A stretch of 41,756 nucleotides of DNA from Catajapyx aquilonaris. Its lineage: Eukaryota. The notes beneath the pieces are model-generated. The model was not told where the DNA came from. It was given only the letters and a program-made list of their open reading frames with translations, and did no database searches. This document shows positions 22,635 through 33,951 of this stretch, in pieces. The position numbers and the translations under genes are program-made. The stretch lies in assembly GCA_000934665.2 (NCBI GenBank), contig JYFJ02003433.1, positions 1 to 41,756 of the forward strand, given 5' to 3'. Each line of letters opens with the position of its first letter. Position 1 is the first letter of the stretch.

Positions 22635-23950
22635 CAAAGCAGTTTGGAGGAGGGGATATGGTGTCCAACTGCTAATCGGGAGGTCCTGGGATCAAATCCC
22701 GCGGCCGGCAACTCTGACCGTGGTTTTCTGTGGTTTCCCACGGTCCTTCCTGGAAAATTCCGGAATTGCTTCCGTAATTAAGGTGGAAATGAAGCGACTT
22801 GCTAATCAAATGAGAGTCTAGAATTGGAATGTTAACAAGAAGGGCTAAAATCAGGGAAACATACGCAACCGATGCAGCAGTAAATGCTGTTCAATCCTAT
22901 GCATTCCATTCGAATCTGCGTTTTAAACTCGATTTAATATGGGCCTATTACCGACAGCAAGTTTTTGTGCGCAGGCGCAATTTTCACGACTGCCAACGTA
23001 AACATGGTATTTGGAGGTGTGCTTAATATTTGTTATTTTTGATGGAAATCGATTTTATTCGGTCGTAATTACGAGGTCCCAATTTGTCATGGCATTTTTA
23101 AAAGTTTAGTTCCGAAAGGGGAGCCTGTAGCTCTTCATTTGTGTCGGATTTGGAACACGTTCAGTTGGTACGCGTGTGGCAGATAGAAGCGGCAACGCAG
23201 CAAAGGTCCAGGTCAATTATCGCGTAGCAGTATGTGACGTCATTGCCGGGTGGATTCGAATCATTCGATTATTATATTATAATTATAACTATATTAACTA
23301 ATATAACGGTTCTGACGTCTGACAAACACCCCCGTCAAACGAAAATCCTGTGTGAGCCATTGTAAAAACCATCCATTCATATTTCGCGGTCGTATGCAAC
23401 CGTATCTCGCTACCGTAAACAACGCTGTGTTGCCACTGTCTCACTCAAGTGGAGTCACGTCACTGGATCATTTTCGAATCGTTTTTCAGCGATACAAATT
23501 GAAAGAGCACGGTGAGATAGGTTTTTCTTTTTGCAGTTACGATCAGTATATAATTCCCGACATATTCCACATTAAATTTTAAAATTCTCATTTACTTATG
23601 ATTTTTTTGTGGACTATTGAAAATTCTGCCATAAGGGCCCATGTTAAATCGCGAACTTCTGAGCCCTCCAGTTCGCTAATTTGCACGGTGACGTGTATTT
23701 TTTTTGCGCCATTGATAAGAGGACACAAAACTGCGTAACATATGTTTTTTTCATAAAATTCTCATTAAGTGACTCTAGCTTCATTTCCACCTTAATAGGC
23801 CACAGCCGCTTCCTTCCGTCCCTATCCTATCCCAAAGAGCGCAGTAAAATGAAAAGCAAAGAGTTCCAGGCAAGACAAACTTCTCCCCTAAAGAGCCGAT
23901 GGCTGATAATGGGGTATGAATGATTTATTTTATTTTTTATTTTTATTTTA
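22635..23950 (+). mobile_element. SINE family A split by the 22782-23791 insertion
   Basis: 5' half 22635-22781 and 3' half 23792-23950 join into a copy like the one at 14824. Confidence 0.88.
22782..23791. mobile_element. Kolobok-like non-autonomous DNA transposon
   Basis: TIR ggtggaaatgaagc and TTAA duplication (22778-22781, 23792-23795). RR termini with TTAA fit Kolobok rather than piggyBac. Confidence 0.8.
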
Positions 23951-24380
23951 TTTTACCCCATTGGGCTTTTTGGCCATTTGGGGGAGACAGGGCCGGGGTA
24001 CAACATTGTTTTAAAGAAGTACATGTTCATGCAGTGAGCAGGTGGAGGTCTATTTTCAGGGCTGATTACGATTAAAATTGGGTACAGATAGTTGATGTGG
24101 TCCGGACATCAGCAACTAAAGCATCTCGAGCTCGCCATTCAGTTTCTAATATGCGTAAAATCCTACTCGTTTGTTTACATTTTGAAGGAAATTGAATAAG
24201 TTTAGAAAGTTACCACCGTATATGTTGTTGGTCATAGCACACATATCCAAGTTTGGTGCTGGGGGGAAGTCACAAAGGAAAGTGTCCTGCAGACCACTTC
24301 TGAAGGTTCAGTGAATTTCATTTTGCCCAAATATATTCCAACAATTACAGCATTTCATATACAACAATTTTATTGCATAG

Positions 24381-24806
24381 GTATACCAGCGTGGCGTTGT
24401 GAACCCGATGACCAATATTGAGCAGCTGTGGAAAGAATATGTTGCATTTGAGAATGGTGTGAATCCCATCATAGCTGAGCGCTTGATAACGGAGAGGAGT
24501 CGAGACTACATGAATGCAAGACGGGTAGCCAAGGAGTTTGAAGCAGTGACCCGAGGACTGAACCGCAACAGCCCTAGTGTCCCTCCCACTGGACATCCAG
24601 AGGAGGTGAAGCAAGTGGATCTGTGGAAGAAGTACATAGTATGGGAGAAATCCAATCCACTCAGGACAGAAGATCGGACCCTACTCACCAGGAGAGTCAT
24701 GTTTGCTTACGAGCAGTGCCTTCTATGCCTGGGACACCATCCTGATATTTGGTATGAGGCAGCACAATTTTTGGAGCAAAGCTACAAGCTGCTGATTGAG
24801 AAAGGG
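24381..24806 (+). CDS. CSTF3: CstF-77 exon 6 ([17 protein letters not shown]...LLIEKG)
   Basis: HAT repeats, including [15 protein letters not shown] and [10 protein letters not shown]. Acceptor gcatag|, donor GGG|gtaagg; 426 nt. Confidence 0.97.
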
Positions 24807-24843
24807 GTAAGGTCATTCTAACTTCCATCAATCTCTTAGGACC

Positions 24844-24961
24844 CTAGCCTGGACAGTAGAGGTAAGTTATTCATGAAGTTACTACCAGAGTAACATATCA
24901 AAATTTTTAGAAGGAAACAATAAAATCCCCATGGGTAAGTTAACTCTGCTGTCCAGACTAG
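24844..24961. mobile_element. Small MITE
   Basis: ctagcctggacagtagag / ctctgctgtccagactag inverted ends. Confidence 0.75.
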
Positions 24962-25265
24962 GACCCTTAACCTACAGTATGATATCTTCCAAGATTGAGC
25001 CACTCATGTTAAGTATGTGTGTCTGTAATCACTAGGAAACCTTTCTTTCTGCAGCTGTTCTACTGCAACAGTTGTGTTTTTGACTAGTCTTGTAGTTTGA
25101 ATCACCTTGTTGAAATATATTGTGCTTCTGAAAAGTTCTCAATCTTGTGCTATTGGTATAATGTGCAAATTGTATGAGCTGTTAGTTCTTAGATATATTT
25201 ACAATGAAAATTTTAGGGAGTCATACTCTGATATGTATGCTAATGATGCACCAGCCTTGAACCTT

Positions 25266-26606
25266 AATTGAACCTCGGAATCGGAAAACAGGTTAAGTGG
25301 ACTTCAAAATGACTTGGCACTTATGCACTTGTTGCTCTGAGCCTCGCTGTACGCCAAACGGAGCGTCGCAGGGGCACCAAACTCGGGTGGTAGGTGCGCC
25401 TGGCGAATCCATGACGATACAAGGTGTCAGGAATCCGATACGAGTAACAAGTGACGAATGGGAGCGGTGTCTTTGACCCCCCACCCTCTGGACACCCCCG
25501 TAAAGTTAACCTGTTTTCCGACTCCCATGCGAGTTCGAGGCCACGTTGACCCCTCTGCAGGTCACAGTGATTGTCGAACCTGGGTAAAAAAAAATTGGTA
25601 TTTTTCTTGCGGCGAATGCGTACCTATCCCCTGTATCACGATACCGATAGGACAAACGAGTCAAATGCGGCACTGGTTTTTCTTACCCCCATCCCTTTTC
25701 TATTTCCGATTCCAATGCCTTCTTTTTAGTGTAGATACATTTTAAAACAGATAAAGGAATATGGTCAATTAAAGTAACTGGAAACCTCAATGTCGTGTGG
25801 AACCGCTTTTTATACCAAAGCCGCATCAGATATCGCATAATTGCGTAGGCTACAATGTGCAACATATGCTGCTACATGGTGCTAATGGTGTCACCAACCG
25901 GTTGTGTATACAGTACATAGGCGTGCATGTTGTGTACACATACCTACACCAAGTATAATCTACTGCACTACAGGCGACATCCCAGGAGGGGGATCAGATA
26001 AACCAGTGCCGCATTTGACTCGTCTGTGCTGTCGGTTTCGTGACACCGGGGATAAGTTCGAATTCGCCGCTAGAAAAATGTCATTTTGGTTTGGTTCAGG
26101 TGCGACAATCACTGTGACCTGCAGAGGGGTCAACGTGGCCTCGAACTCGCATTGGAATCGGAAAATAAATAAAAAAGGGATGGGGGTAAGAAAAACCAGT
26201 GCCGCATTTGACTCGTTTGTCCTATCGGTATCGTGATACAGGGGATAGGTACGCATTCGCCACAAGAAAAATACCAATTTTTTTTTACCCAGGTGCGACA
26301 ATCACTGTGACCTGCAGAGGGGTCAACGTGGCCTCGAACTCGCATGGGAGTCGGAAAACAGGTTAACTTTACGGGGGTGTCCAGAGGGTGGGGGGTCAAA
26401 GACACCGCTCCCATTCGTCACTTGTTACTCGTATCGGATTCCTGACACCTTGTATCGTCATGGATTTGCCAGGCGCACCTACCACCCGAGTTTGGTGCGC
26501 CTGCGACGCTCCGTTTGGCGTACAGCGAGGCTCAGAGCAACACGTGCATAAGTGCCAAGTCATTTTGAAGTCCACTTAACCTGTTTTCCGATTCCGAGGT
26601 TAAATT
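25266..26606. mobile_element. Foldback-like element with ~440-bp near-identical inverted arms
   Basis: ORFs 25458..25745(+) and 26130..26414(-), and 25293..25484(-) and 26388..26579(+), translate almost identically. An extra partial unit lies at about 26000-26165. Confidence 0.9.
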
Positions 26607-26651
26607 GTTCATAACTCTCAAACCAACGCACACTTGAATAGTTTGTACATA

Positions 26652-26979
26652 CCCTGTACTCCCGATTATCTGGGCTAATGACTGCACTGGTGTTTCCGGA
26701 TAATCGGAAAATGGTACTAGATGCCATAAAGGTGAGCTGTCCGGAGGTTTTAAATTAACTACTGTACATAGTGTACACAGCTTTAAATAAGCTTCAATCA
26801 AAATAATGAAATTTACCACACATTTTTAGTTTGTCTTCTGGAAAATGTATGTTGTATTCCTTTGTGTGCAAGACATATTGACATTTTTTCTGGCTTTTAT
26901 TTATTTTCCTTTGTTTTGTGTGATGCACGTATAATCTGCAACACATATAACCCGCACCCGGATAATTGGGAGTACAGTG
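26652..26979. mobile_element. pogo/Tigger-like MITE
   Basis: TA-flanked ctgtactccc.attatc.ggg inverted ends. Confidence 0.7.
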
Positions 26980-27110
26980 TACTTGTACCAGTATCAATAT
27001 TCCTCATTGAATGACACCTGCTACCCGAAGAAACCCTCAGAAGACCCCTGGGCCACCTCTAAAGTTTTTGCCCATAAATTACCTATGTTACAATATTTGG
27101 CAATATGGGG

Positions 27111-27475
27111 GAGGTGTGGTGGCCGTGATGGTAACGTCATGGCTTGCTGAGTGAAAGACCCCAGGTTCGATCCCCGCCTGGGGAAATTTCCTTTCACCTG
27201 CGTCAGGAGGGTCTCTGACCTGCACCAAGGAGGTGTCTGGCAACCTAACCTCCTGGGGAACAGCACATGACCCATTAGCTACGACATTGCACCTTGCACC
27301 CATGTTCCCTCCCCAACAATCCCTACCCTTTCCCATTGTCCCTGTTTCCTTGCACCTGTGATTGAAGCGAAAATATATCAGAAAACTGATGGTGGTATGC
27401 CACCCCCCTATAGCTCCCATAAGGGACATCAAGGGGTAAAATAAATAAATAAAAAAACACAAAAAAAAACAAAAA
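27111..27475 (+). mobile_element. SINE family B
   Basis: Matches the 1495 copy; A-rich tail and 14-bp TSD ttggcaatatgggg (27097-27110, 27476-27489). Confidence 0.92.
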
Positions 27476-27723
27476 TTGGCAATATGGGGAAACAGGGCCC
27501 AGAAGGGGGAGAAGGAATGGGAAATTGAGTGTGCAATAATTTGCACACATTTAAATACTAGCTCAAGAGGTTATCCTTTGACCGTCCTTGGGGAGGGAGG
27601 TGTGGTGGTTGTGTTGGTGTTGGCGTGACTTGTTGCTTGCAACTGAATAAGAGGGGAGCACTTCAGCATTTGTTATCTCCATGGTCTTAGAAGAATAGGT
27701 CGGGACACTCACCGCCATCTTGC

Positions 27724-27967
27724 GTGCTGTTATCCCTTCCTGCAGTGGTGCTAGTATATCTGCAATGGAATCCCGCTGTGGAACTCACATCTCCATAAGT
27801 TCAGCGCCTCTTACGGCACAACTATGCACTAATGCCTACAGCTCTCTGCTCTATAGGCGTTAGTGCATAGTTGTGCCTTAAGAGGCGCTGAACTTTGGAG
27901 ATGCCAGTTCCACAGCGGGATTCCATTGCAGATATATTAGCACCACTGCAGGAAGGGATAACAGCAC
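27724..27967. repeat. Near-perfect hairpin / MITE (arms of about 115 bp)
   Basis: gtgctgttatcccttcctgcagtggtgcta... mirrored to 27967, with a short loop at about 27840-27850. Confidence 0.88.
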
Positions 27968-28270
27968 AGCTTTTTCTATTGGCCTGGGATAGAAGTGTTC
28001 CCGGGCTGGTTATCTCTCCTGAGGTCAACTTGCAACTGTGTGCTAGAAGTTGGGAAGGAATGTGTAGGTGGCATACGCTGCTCATTTCCAAATTTTATAC
28101 AAGCATGACATGACAGACGTGATTTATGATAACTGATGCATGGGCAGCCAACTTTACCAGGAGTCCAGGAGTCTCGTGTAGTTCCAGGGTAATGCATTGG
28201 GTGGGGGAGGGGGGGGGGAGGTGTTTCAGAATGTCTTTGAATTTCAAGTACTCTTTTTACTACCCCTGGA

Positions 28271-28488
28271 TGTACCCCCGCGAGCATAAAGATGGAGACG
28301 GCATGCCCTTTTTGACCCATCTTTATCAGACTCAAATTAATGAACTCTTTTTGGACCGAGTTAGCTGCTTCAGGCGTGTGTTCGTGTATTTATGATAGTA
28401 TATTTGATACCGTAATAGCTGATATTGGCAGATCAGCCTGCCGAAGGGGAGGGCCTGCTATCTCCATCTTTATGCTCGCAGGTGTACA
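28271..28488. mobile_element. MITE
   Basis: gcgagcataaagatggaga / tctccatctttatgctcgc inverted ends. Confidence 0.75.
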
Positions 28489-29164
28489 TCAGACTTCGCT
28501 ATCCAAAAATATAACTAGTTCTCATTCAGTAGAAATTACACGTACTGCTTCCTTATCAGCTGCCTGTCCAGCTGGATGCAGGCATGACATCAGTTTGACA
28601 AGGTTGCATACGTTCATCAGGCAATGGCATGCAAGCCATGCATGTCCAATCTGACCTCCAGCTAGGTTTACAGCTGATAACCAAGCATTCTAGGGGATTT
28701 TCACTGACACAGATACAGTATGTGATGGACAGAATTCTGTGTATACACTATACAGTATGTATTATTATGGAGTTGTTATTATTATTACTATTTATGTTGT
28801 CTTGTAAGAGATATGCATTTCTCAAGTACCCAGATCAAGGGAGTAAGCTATCAATTGTTTATCCTGGAAACCAGTTTAAAGTGAATATGTTCTTAATTTT
28901 TGCTTCTGATGGGTTGTTCCTTTTTTAACTGTTTACTAGGCCAAACAATCCAAAACTTCTTCTCATTAACTAGGACCTTGGGCAGTGCATCACTCTGTAC
29001 ATAGTATTAGTCATCTTGTTACAAGGAAACGAACAGTCCATGTAGACAATTTTTATGCAAACCTCAGGTCTAATGTTTTCTATGTAAAGTGCTGTTGTTA
29101 GCAATGTAACAACATTCACCGAAGGCTTCCTTCAAATTATATTGAAACATTGCCTTAATCCCAG

Positions 29165-29356
29165 GATGTAAACGCTGCCAAGACATTCAGTGATGAAGCA
29201 GCAGCCATGTATGATCGGGCCACAGCTGGGATTTTGAACAAGAACATGCTCCTGTACTTTGCATATGCTGATTTTGAGGAAGGCCGGATGAAGTACGAGA
29301 AAGTGCACCAGATCTACAACAAGCTGATCGAGATTCCGGAGGTTGATCCCACGCTG
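29165..29356 (+). CDS. CSTF3: CstF-77 exon 7 ([19 protein letters not shown]...[13 protein letters not shown]...VDPTL)
   Basis: Conserved peptide. Acceptor cccag|, donor CTG|gtaatt; 192 nt. Confidence 0.96.
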
Positions 29357-29441
29357 GTAATTTTTAATAAATCAGTTTTTATTGGTGTAGCAATCATTGG
29401 GTTGTGACTTTTAAAACTTTTTTTTCTTATTGGAAAATCAG

Positions 29442-29688
29442 GCTTATGTGCAATATATGAAGTTTGCAAGGAGGGCAGAGGGGATCAAGTCGGCAAGGAA
29501 TGTATTTAAGAAGTCCAGGGATGACCAAAGGTCAAAGAGCCATGCTTATGTAGCTGCAGCACTGATGGAATACTACTGCTCCAAAGATAAGAATGTGGCC
29601 TTCCGGATTTTTGAGCTTGGTCTGAAGAAGTTTGGCGACAACCCAGAATACATCCTGTGCTACATTGACTACCTCTCACACCTAAATG
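29442..29688 (+). CDS. CSTF3: CstF-77 exon 8 ([19 protein letters not shown]...YIDYLSHLN)
   Basis: Conserved peptide. Acceptor aatcag|, donor G|gtaata; 247 nt, ends in phase 1. Confidence 0.96.
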
Positions 29689-30048
29689 GTAATATATCGT
29701 TTTTGTCATGTCGAATTCTCGAAATCACGAAGCACGTGGAATCTAAGCACAGCGAAAGCAAGCATGTGACCCATAAATTCCTTTTCCATATTACTTTCTG
29801 ACCGTGTCATCCCCAGTGGCCCAGAATCCTCTATGTTTCAAAGGATGCCCTCTCTGGTTTCTGAGCATGTACTGTGCATTGCCATCGGGTGGCATGCCAT
29901 AATGAACATGTGAAGAAGAGGTGCATTAATCTTTCACATGTAAGGGAACAAGTGACCTATGATTGACCTTGAAAGAGGATAAGGGCTCACCCAACCTACA
30001 AGTCCTGCAGCCCAAGTTCCTTTAGTTTATTTCAACTATAATAACATA

Positions 30049-31076
30049 TGAGGGCTGTAAATAAAATTGTGGCAACACATCTCTAGAAAATCAGTGAAAT
30101 GTAGGAAGTTTATATCGCTTATGTCACAGATAGGGTGGGTCTTGATCTAACCTCATGACATAATGGGATCGTCCAGGGAGATGGAGTGGTGCTGTGTTAA
30201 CGTATGTGCCCATGCATGTTAAGGTCCTGGGTTCGATCCCAGCCCAGGGTTCCCTACTTCATCTCGTGCAGAGTTGGCCATCTCTGGCTTCATCACGGGT
30301 GGAATCTCCGCTAGACTAATTCACCCGGGGGAGTTCACAAAATGACCAAGCAATGACATTGCACTTGCACTTTGCCCATCCCCTCCCAGTCCCCCTATGG
30401 TGGTATTCCACACACACCCCCACCCCCAAGAGGGCCTCGGGCCCTATCACGGGGTACACTAAACAATATTTAAAAAATGGATCGTCCCACCTCAATATGC
30501 GCATGCGCAGTAAAGAGTATAACATGAGCTTGTGCGATCAACCGGTCTAAAGGTGATGTTTTCCAAATTTGAGCAAAGGTGCTGGTTAAAAATTGATAAT
30601 TTGTCATGAAGGGCTTTTACAGGCTTGTGGGGAACATGCATTGCCATATAGAACAGTTGCAAGGTGGACAAGAGCCTTCCGTCAGGGAAGGCAAAACGTG
30701 ACATATGAGCCCCATCCAAATGCAAGTGAGGAACAAGTGGCTGCTGTTTCCACATTGATGGAGAACGATCGGAGGTAGACAGTTCGTGAGTTAGTCAGTG
30801 AGACAGGCTTGTCGAGTATGACTATCCTGAACATTCTCAAGTAACATCTGGGTATGACTATCCCAGACCTTCTTCGCGCTTTAGACCGCTCTATACGAAA
30901 CAACAACAGCAACAAACAGGGCTGTCAATGGCATCCTTCAACTTCCACATCGCTAATGACGAGTGTTACACAATAATGCTGATGACTATGCTGAAGGACT
31001 CTGAAAGTTTAAAGTTGCCATGTATTTCCAGTCCCAAGTAATTAAATAGTTGCCACTATTTTATTTACAGCCCTCA
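30049..31076 (+). mobile_element. Deleted mariner element containing a SINE
   Basis: TA TSD; TIR tgagggctgtaaataaaat.gtggcaac; remnant EQRCWLKI..ACGEHALPYRTVARWTRAFRQGR. Confidence 0.9.
30175..30460 (+). mobile_element. SINE family C head/body with a family A/B-type tail
   Basis: ggagtggtgctg..ggttcgatcccagccc head; tail caccccc..ctatcacggggta. Confidence 0.82.
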
Positions 31077-31337
31077 TACAAGGCCAACAAGCCAACAATT
31101 AGTTCCTCCCCCTTCTACTGCCATACCAAAATGTATCATTTTGAAGTATTGGTTTGTTAAGTACTTATACAAATAATTAGCGATGTTCATCTACTATTTC
31201 AATTGGAAGCCTCAAATATCGGTCCCTTCCTTAGGCTTGACCAATCTACTTGTGTGCAAAATCTAACAGAAATGAAAGCTGGGTAAAATAGTCAGTTTGT
31301 TGTGAAGAGAGAGACATGATATGATGTTATAAATATA

Positions 31338-32020
31338 CAGAGTGAAGGGAAACTCACGCCAAATCGCCAGGTAGACTTATAGTACTCGTAAAACTAATAT
31401 AGGGATGTGCAATTAGTTTTGGGTGCCATTGCACAGTTAATGCGTATGGTGCCGTAAACGTTTCGTGACATCGCATCTGTTCCGCCAGCTATTAAGAAGC
31501 AAAAGCCATCTCGAGGGCCTCCGAATAATCCAGCCTTGGGTCCGTAACACATTGTCCATGTGTAAAGCCTGTTTCACAAACTCGGCGTTGTGAAAGCAAG
31601 GCATTTGGGCCTCCCGCTAATCGCACGCAGAAAGTCCACCCTGTTGGACGCCAACGCAACTCCCATGCTCGACCATCGCACGCAGCATTGCGAATAGCCT
31701 TTCGCAAGTTTTTCGCGCTCCACACGCCGGGTGGACTTCTGCGTGCGATTAGCGGGAGGCCCAAACGCCCCACTTTCGCAACGCAGAGTTTGTGAAACAG
31801 GCTTAATAGGTGATCAAATCCCGTCAAGTAAGAATCCGGGTACGACACCCATGCATTTGTCATTTTTACCTCATATTTTACCATATGGCCCTCGACACTT
31901 TAAAGGCGGTGTAGCCATTAACTACGCAACTGTGCCAAAAACTAATTGCACATCCCTATATTAGGTTTGGAAGTACTATCAGTCTACCTGGTGATTTGGC
32001 GCAAGTTTCCCTTCACCCTA
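31338..32020. mobile_element. Tc1/mariner-type MITE with long TIRs and a second internal inverted repeat
   Basis: TA flanks; gtgaagggaaact..cgccaaatc.ccaggtagact TIR; internal repeat at about 31565-31640 versus 31730-31803. Confidence 0.85.
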
Positions 32021-32411
32021 TATAGCCACGGTGGTGTCACAAGCTCTAAAAACGGCTTCCTATTGTTGGTTCATTAAGTGCTGAATTGCCCTTTACCAGA
32101 AGTGAACTTACATGAAATAGGGAGTAAGTCTACTATTACTTTATTAATTATTATTATCATCATCATTATGAGGTATTCTGGAGACGAACTACTGGATTTG
32201 TGATAGTATCCAATTTGAGCCTCAAGTTTTCTCTGACAGAGCAGGTATGAATAGTTCTGCCACATGAATGTGTCATGTAAGGTATTGTTTGTTACAGCAA
32301 GTTGTCATAATTATGTGGAATGTTCTCTCCTACCTTTTTGGACACTTTCAATACTGTACTATTAGAAGAACTGAAGGAATGTCATCCTACTCTGACTAAT
32401 TTCATTCACAG

Positions 32412-32578
32412 AAGACAACAACACTCGTGTTTTGTTTGAACGTGTATTGACATCTGACTGCCTGCCGCCAGAGAAGTCAGTTGAGATATGGAACAAGTTC
32501 CTGGAGTTTGAGTGCAACATTGGGGATCTCAGCAGCATTGTCAAGGTGGAGAAGAGAAGGAGTATTGTTGTAGACAAG
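32412..32578 (+). CDS. CSTF3: CstF-77 exon 9 ([56 protein letters not shown])
   Basis: Translated by hand. Acceptor tcacag| in phase 1, donor AAG|gtctgt; 167 nt. Confidence 0.95.
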
Positions 32579-32684
32579 GTCTGTTATTGTTACGTTGTTT
32601 AAAATATTTTTTTAAATTAGCCATTTTGTTTCTCAAGAATGTGATACCATTGAGCAGAAAGAGGACTTGCTGCCTGAAATACCT

Positions 32685-32739
32685 AATAATAATAATAATT
32701 ATTATTATAATAATTATAATTATAATTATAATTATAATA
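32685..32739 (+). repeat. (TAA/TTA)n simple repeat
   Basis: Directly visible. Confidence 0.9.
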
Positions 32740-33148
32740 TGGGAAGAATGTAGAGTTTATGCTGCAATTTCACAGTGGAAATCTGAGAGGAGTTCATGAA
32801 GGAGATTCACTGATACAGGGATATTTGAGTTTACCGCTTTGTGATTGTTGTGATGGTAACTTCCACACATACTTTTGCTGTAGAATATGGTTTATTGGAG
32901 GAGCAAAAGCAATAATTAAGACCAAGAGGTTTTCTGCTGCAAAATTTCCATAAACACTTTACAAGCTGTTGTTCAAAACCATCAAACTCAACTATGATAA
33001 TGGAAGATGTCAAACATAGCATGGCTTTTAGTGGCACCATGTGACATTTAATGAATAAGATGTGGATGTGTGCAGAATGAAATTTCTGGTGACACCTTAC
33101 ATACTGAACAATGCCATTGAATGTAACATACTGGTAAAATTGTTGCAG

Positions 33149-33237
33149 ATCAAGGAGTTTGAAGGGAAAGAGACAGCTCAACTAGTCGATAGGTACAAGT
33201 TTCTTGACCTCTACCCCTGCAGTGCTGCTGAACTTAG
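33149..33237 (+). CDS. CSTF3: CstF-77 exon 10 (IKEFEGKETAQLVDRYKFLDLYPCSAAEL-R)
   Basis: Conserved peptide. Acceptor ttgcag|, donor AG|gtttgt; 89 nt. Confidence 0.93.
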
Positions 33238-33300
33238 GTTTGTGGACATTGTTTATTTGCTTTTGAATAACAGAAATCACCCACCTATTTTTCTCTTCAG

Positions 33301-33614
33301 AGCCATAGGCTACACAGATGTAGCACGTTCAGTGAAGAGCCTGACTACGCCCAATCTTCCTCTGGAAATGATCCTGCAGGAGGAGGAGGCATCACAGAAC
33401 CTTCCTCGCCCAGACCTGTCTCAAATGATCCCATTCAAGCCCAAGTCAAGACCCTTGCCTGGAGAGCACTCTGTGCCTGGAGGAAGTTTCCCTATGCCCC
33501 CTGCTGCTGCTCATCTCTGCACTCTACTCCCTCCACCCAACTGCTTCCATGGGCCATTTGTTATAACTGACCGTCTTATGGAACTTTTCAACCGGATTAA
33601 TATGAATGAGCCAG
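33301..33614 (+). CDS. CSTF3: CstF-77 exon 11 (AIGY...PRPDLSQMIPFKP...LPPPNCFHGPFV...MNEP)
   Basis: Proline-rich C-terminal region. Acceptor cttcag|, donor G|gtgaga; 314 nt. Confidence 0.94.
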
Positions 33615-33951
33615 GTGAGAGCATAAAGCTTTTCCATTTCTGGTGTAGTTTTATGTGCAGTAATGTGCATTGTGGCGCTTAAGTGAATGCCTTACCATGA
33701 GAAAACATTCAAGATCTGTAGCTGTTACTTGATTACGTTTGGTAGTGCTTTAAAAATAGTAAGTGGGTGGCTGCCAACCTAGGATTTTTTTCAGATTCTG
33801 TATTACTTTGTAGTATTTTGTATGCTGTGGTTGAGGGAAGGGGGAGGGTTCCCAAAGAGGAGCACTCCTGGGTAGTTTTCAAGTCATTTCGGACCCTCGA
33901 GAATTCAGACCTTTTCTCTTGGCCTTGGGCAGAGAAGAGGGTGCAATTGAG

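Noticed and set aside
25293..26579. Duplicated inverted protein-coding genes
   Set aside because: The identical ORFs result from the inverted arms of a foldback element; no recognisable protein.
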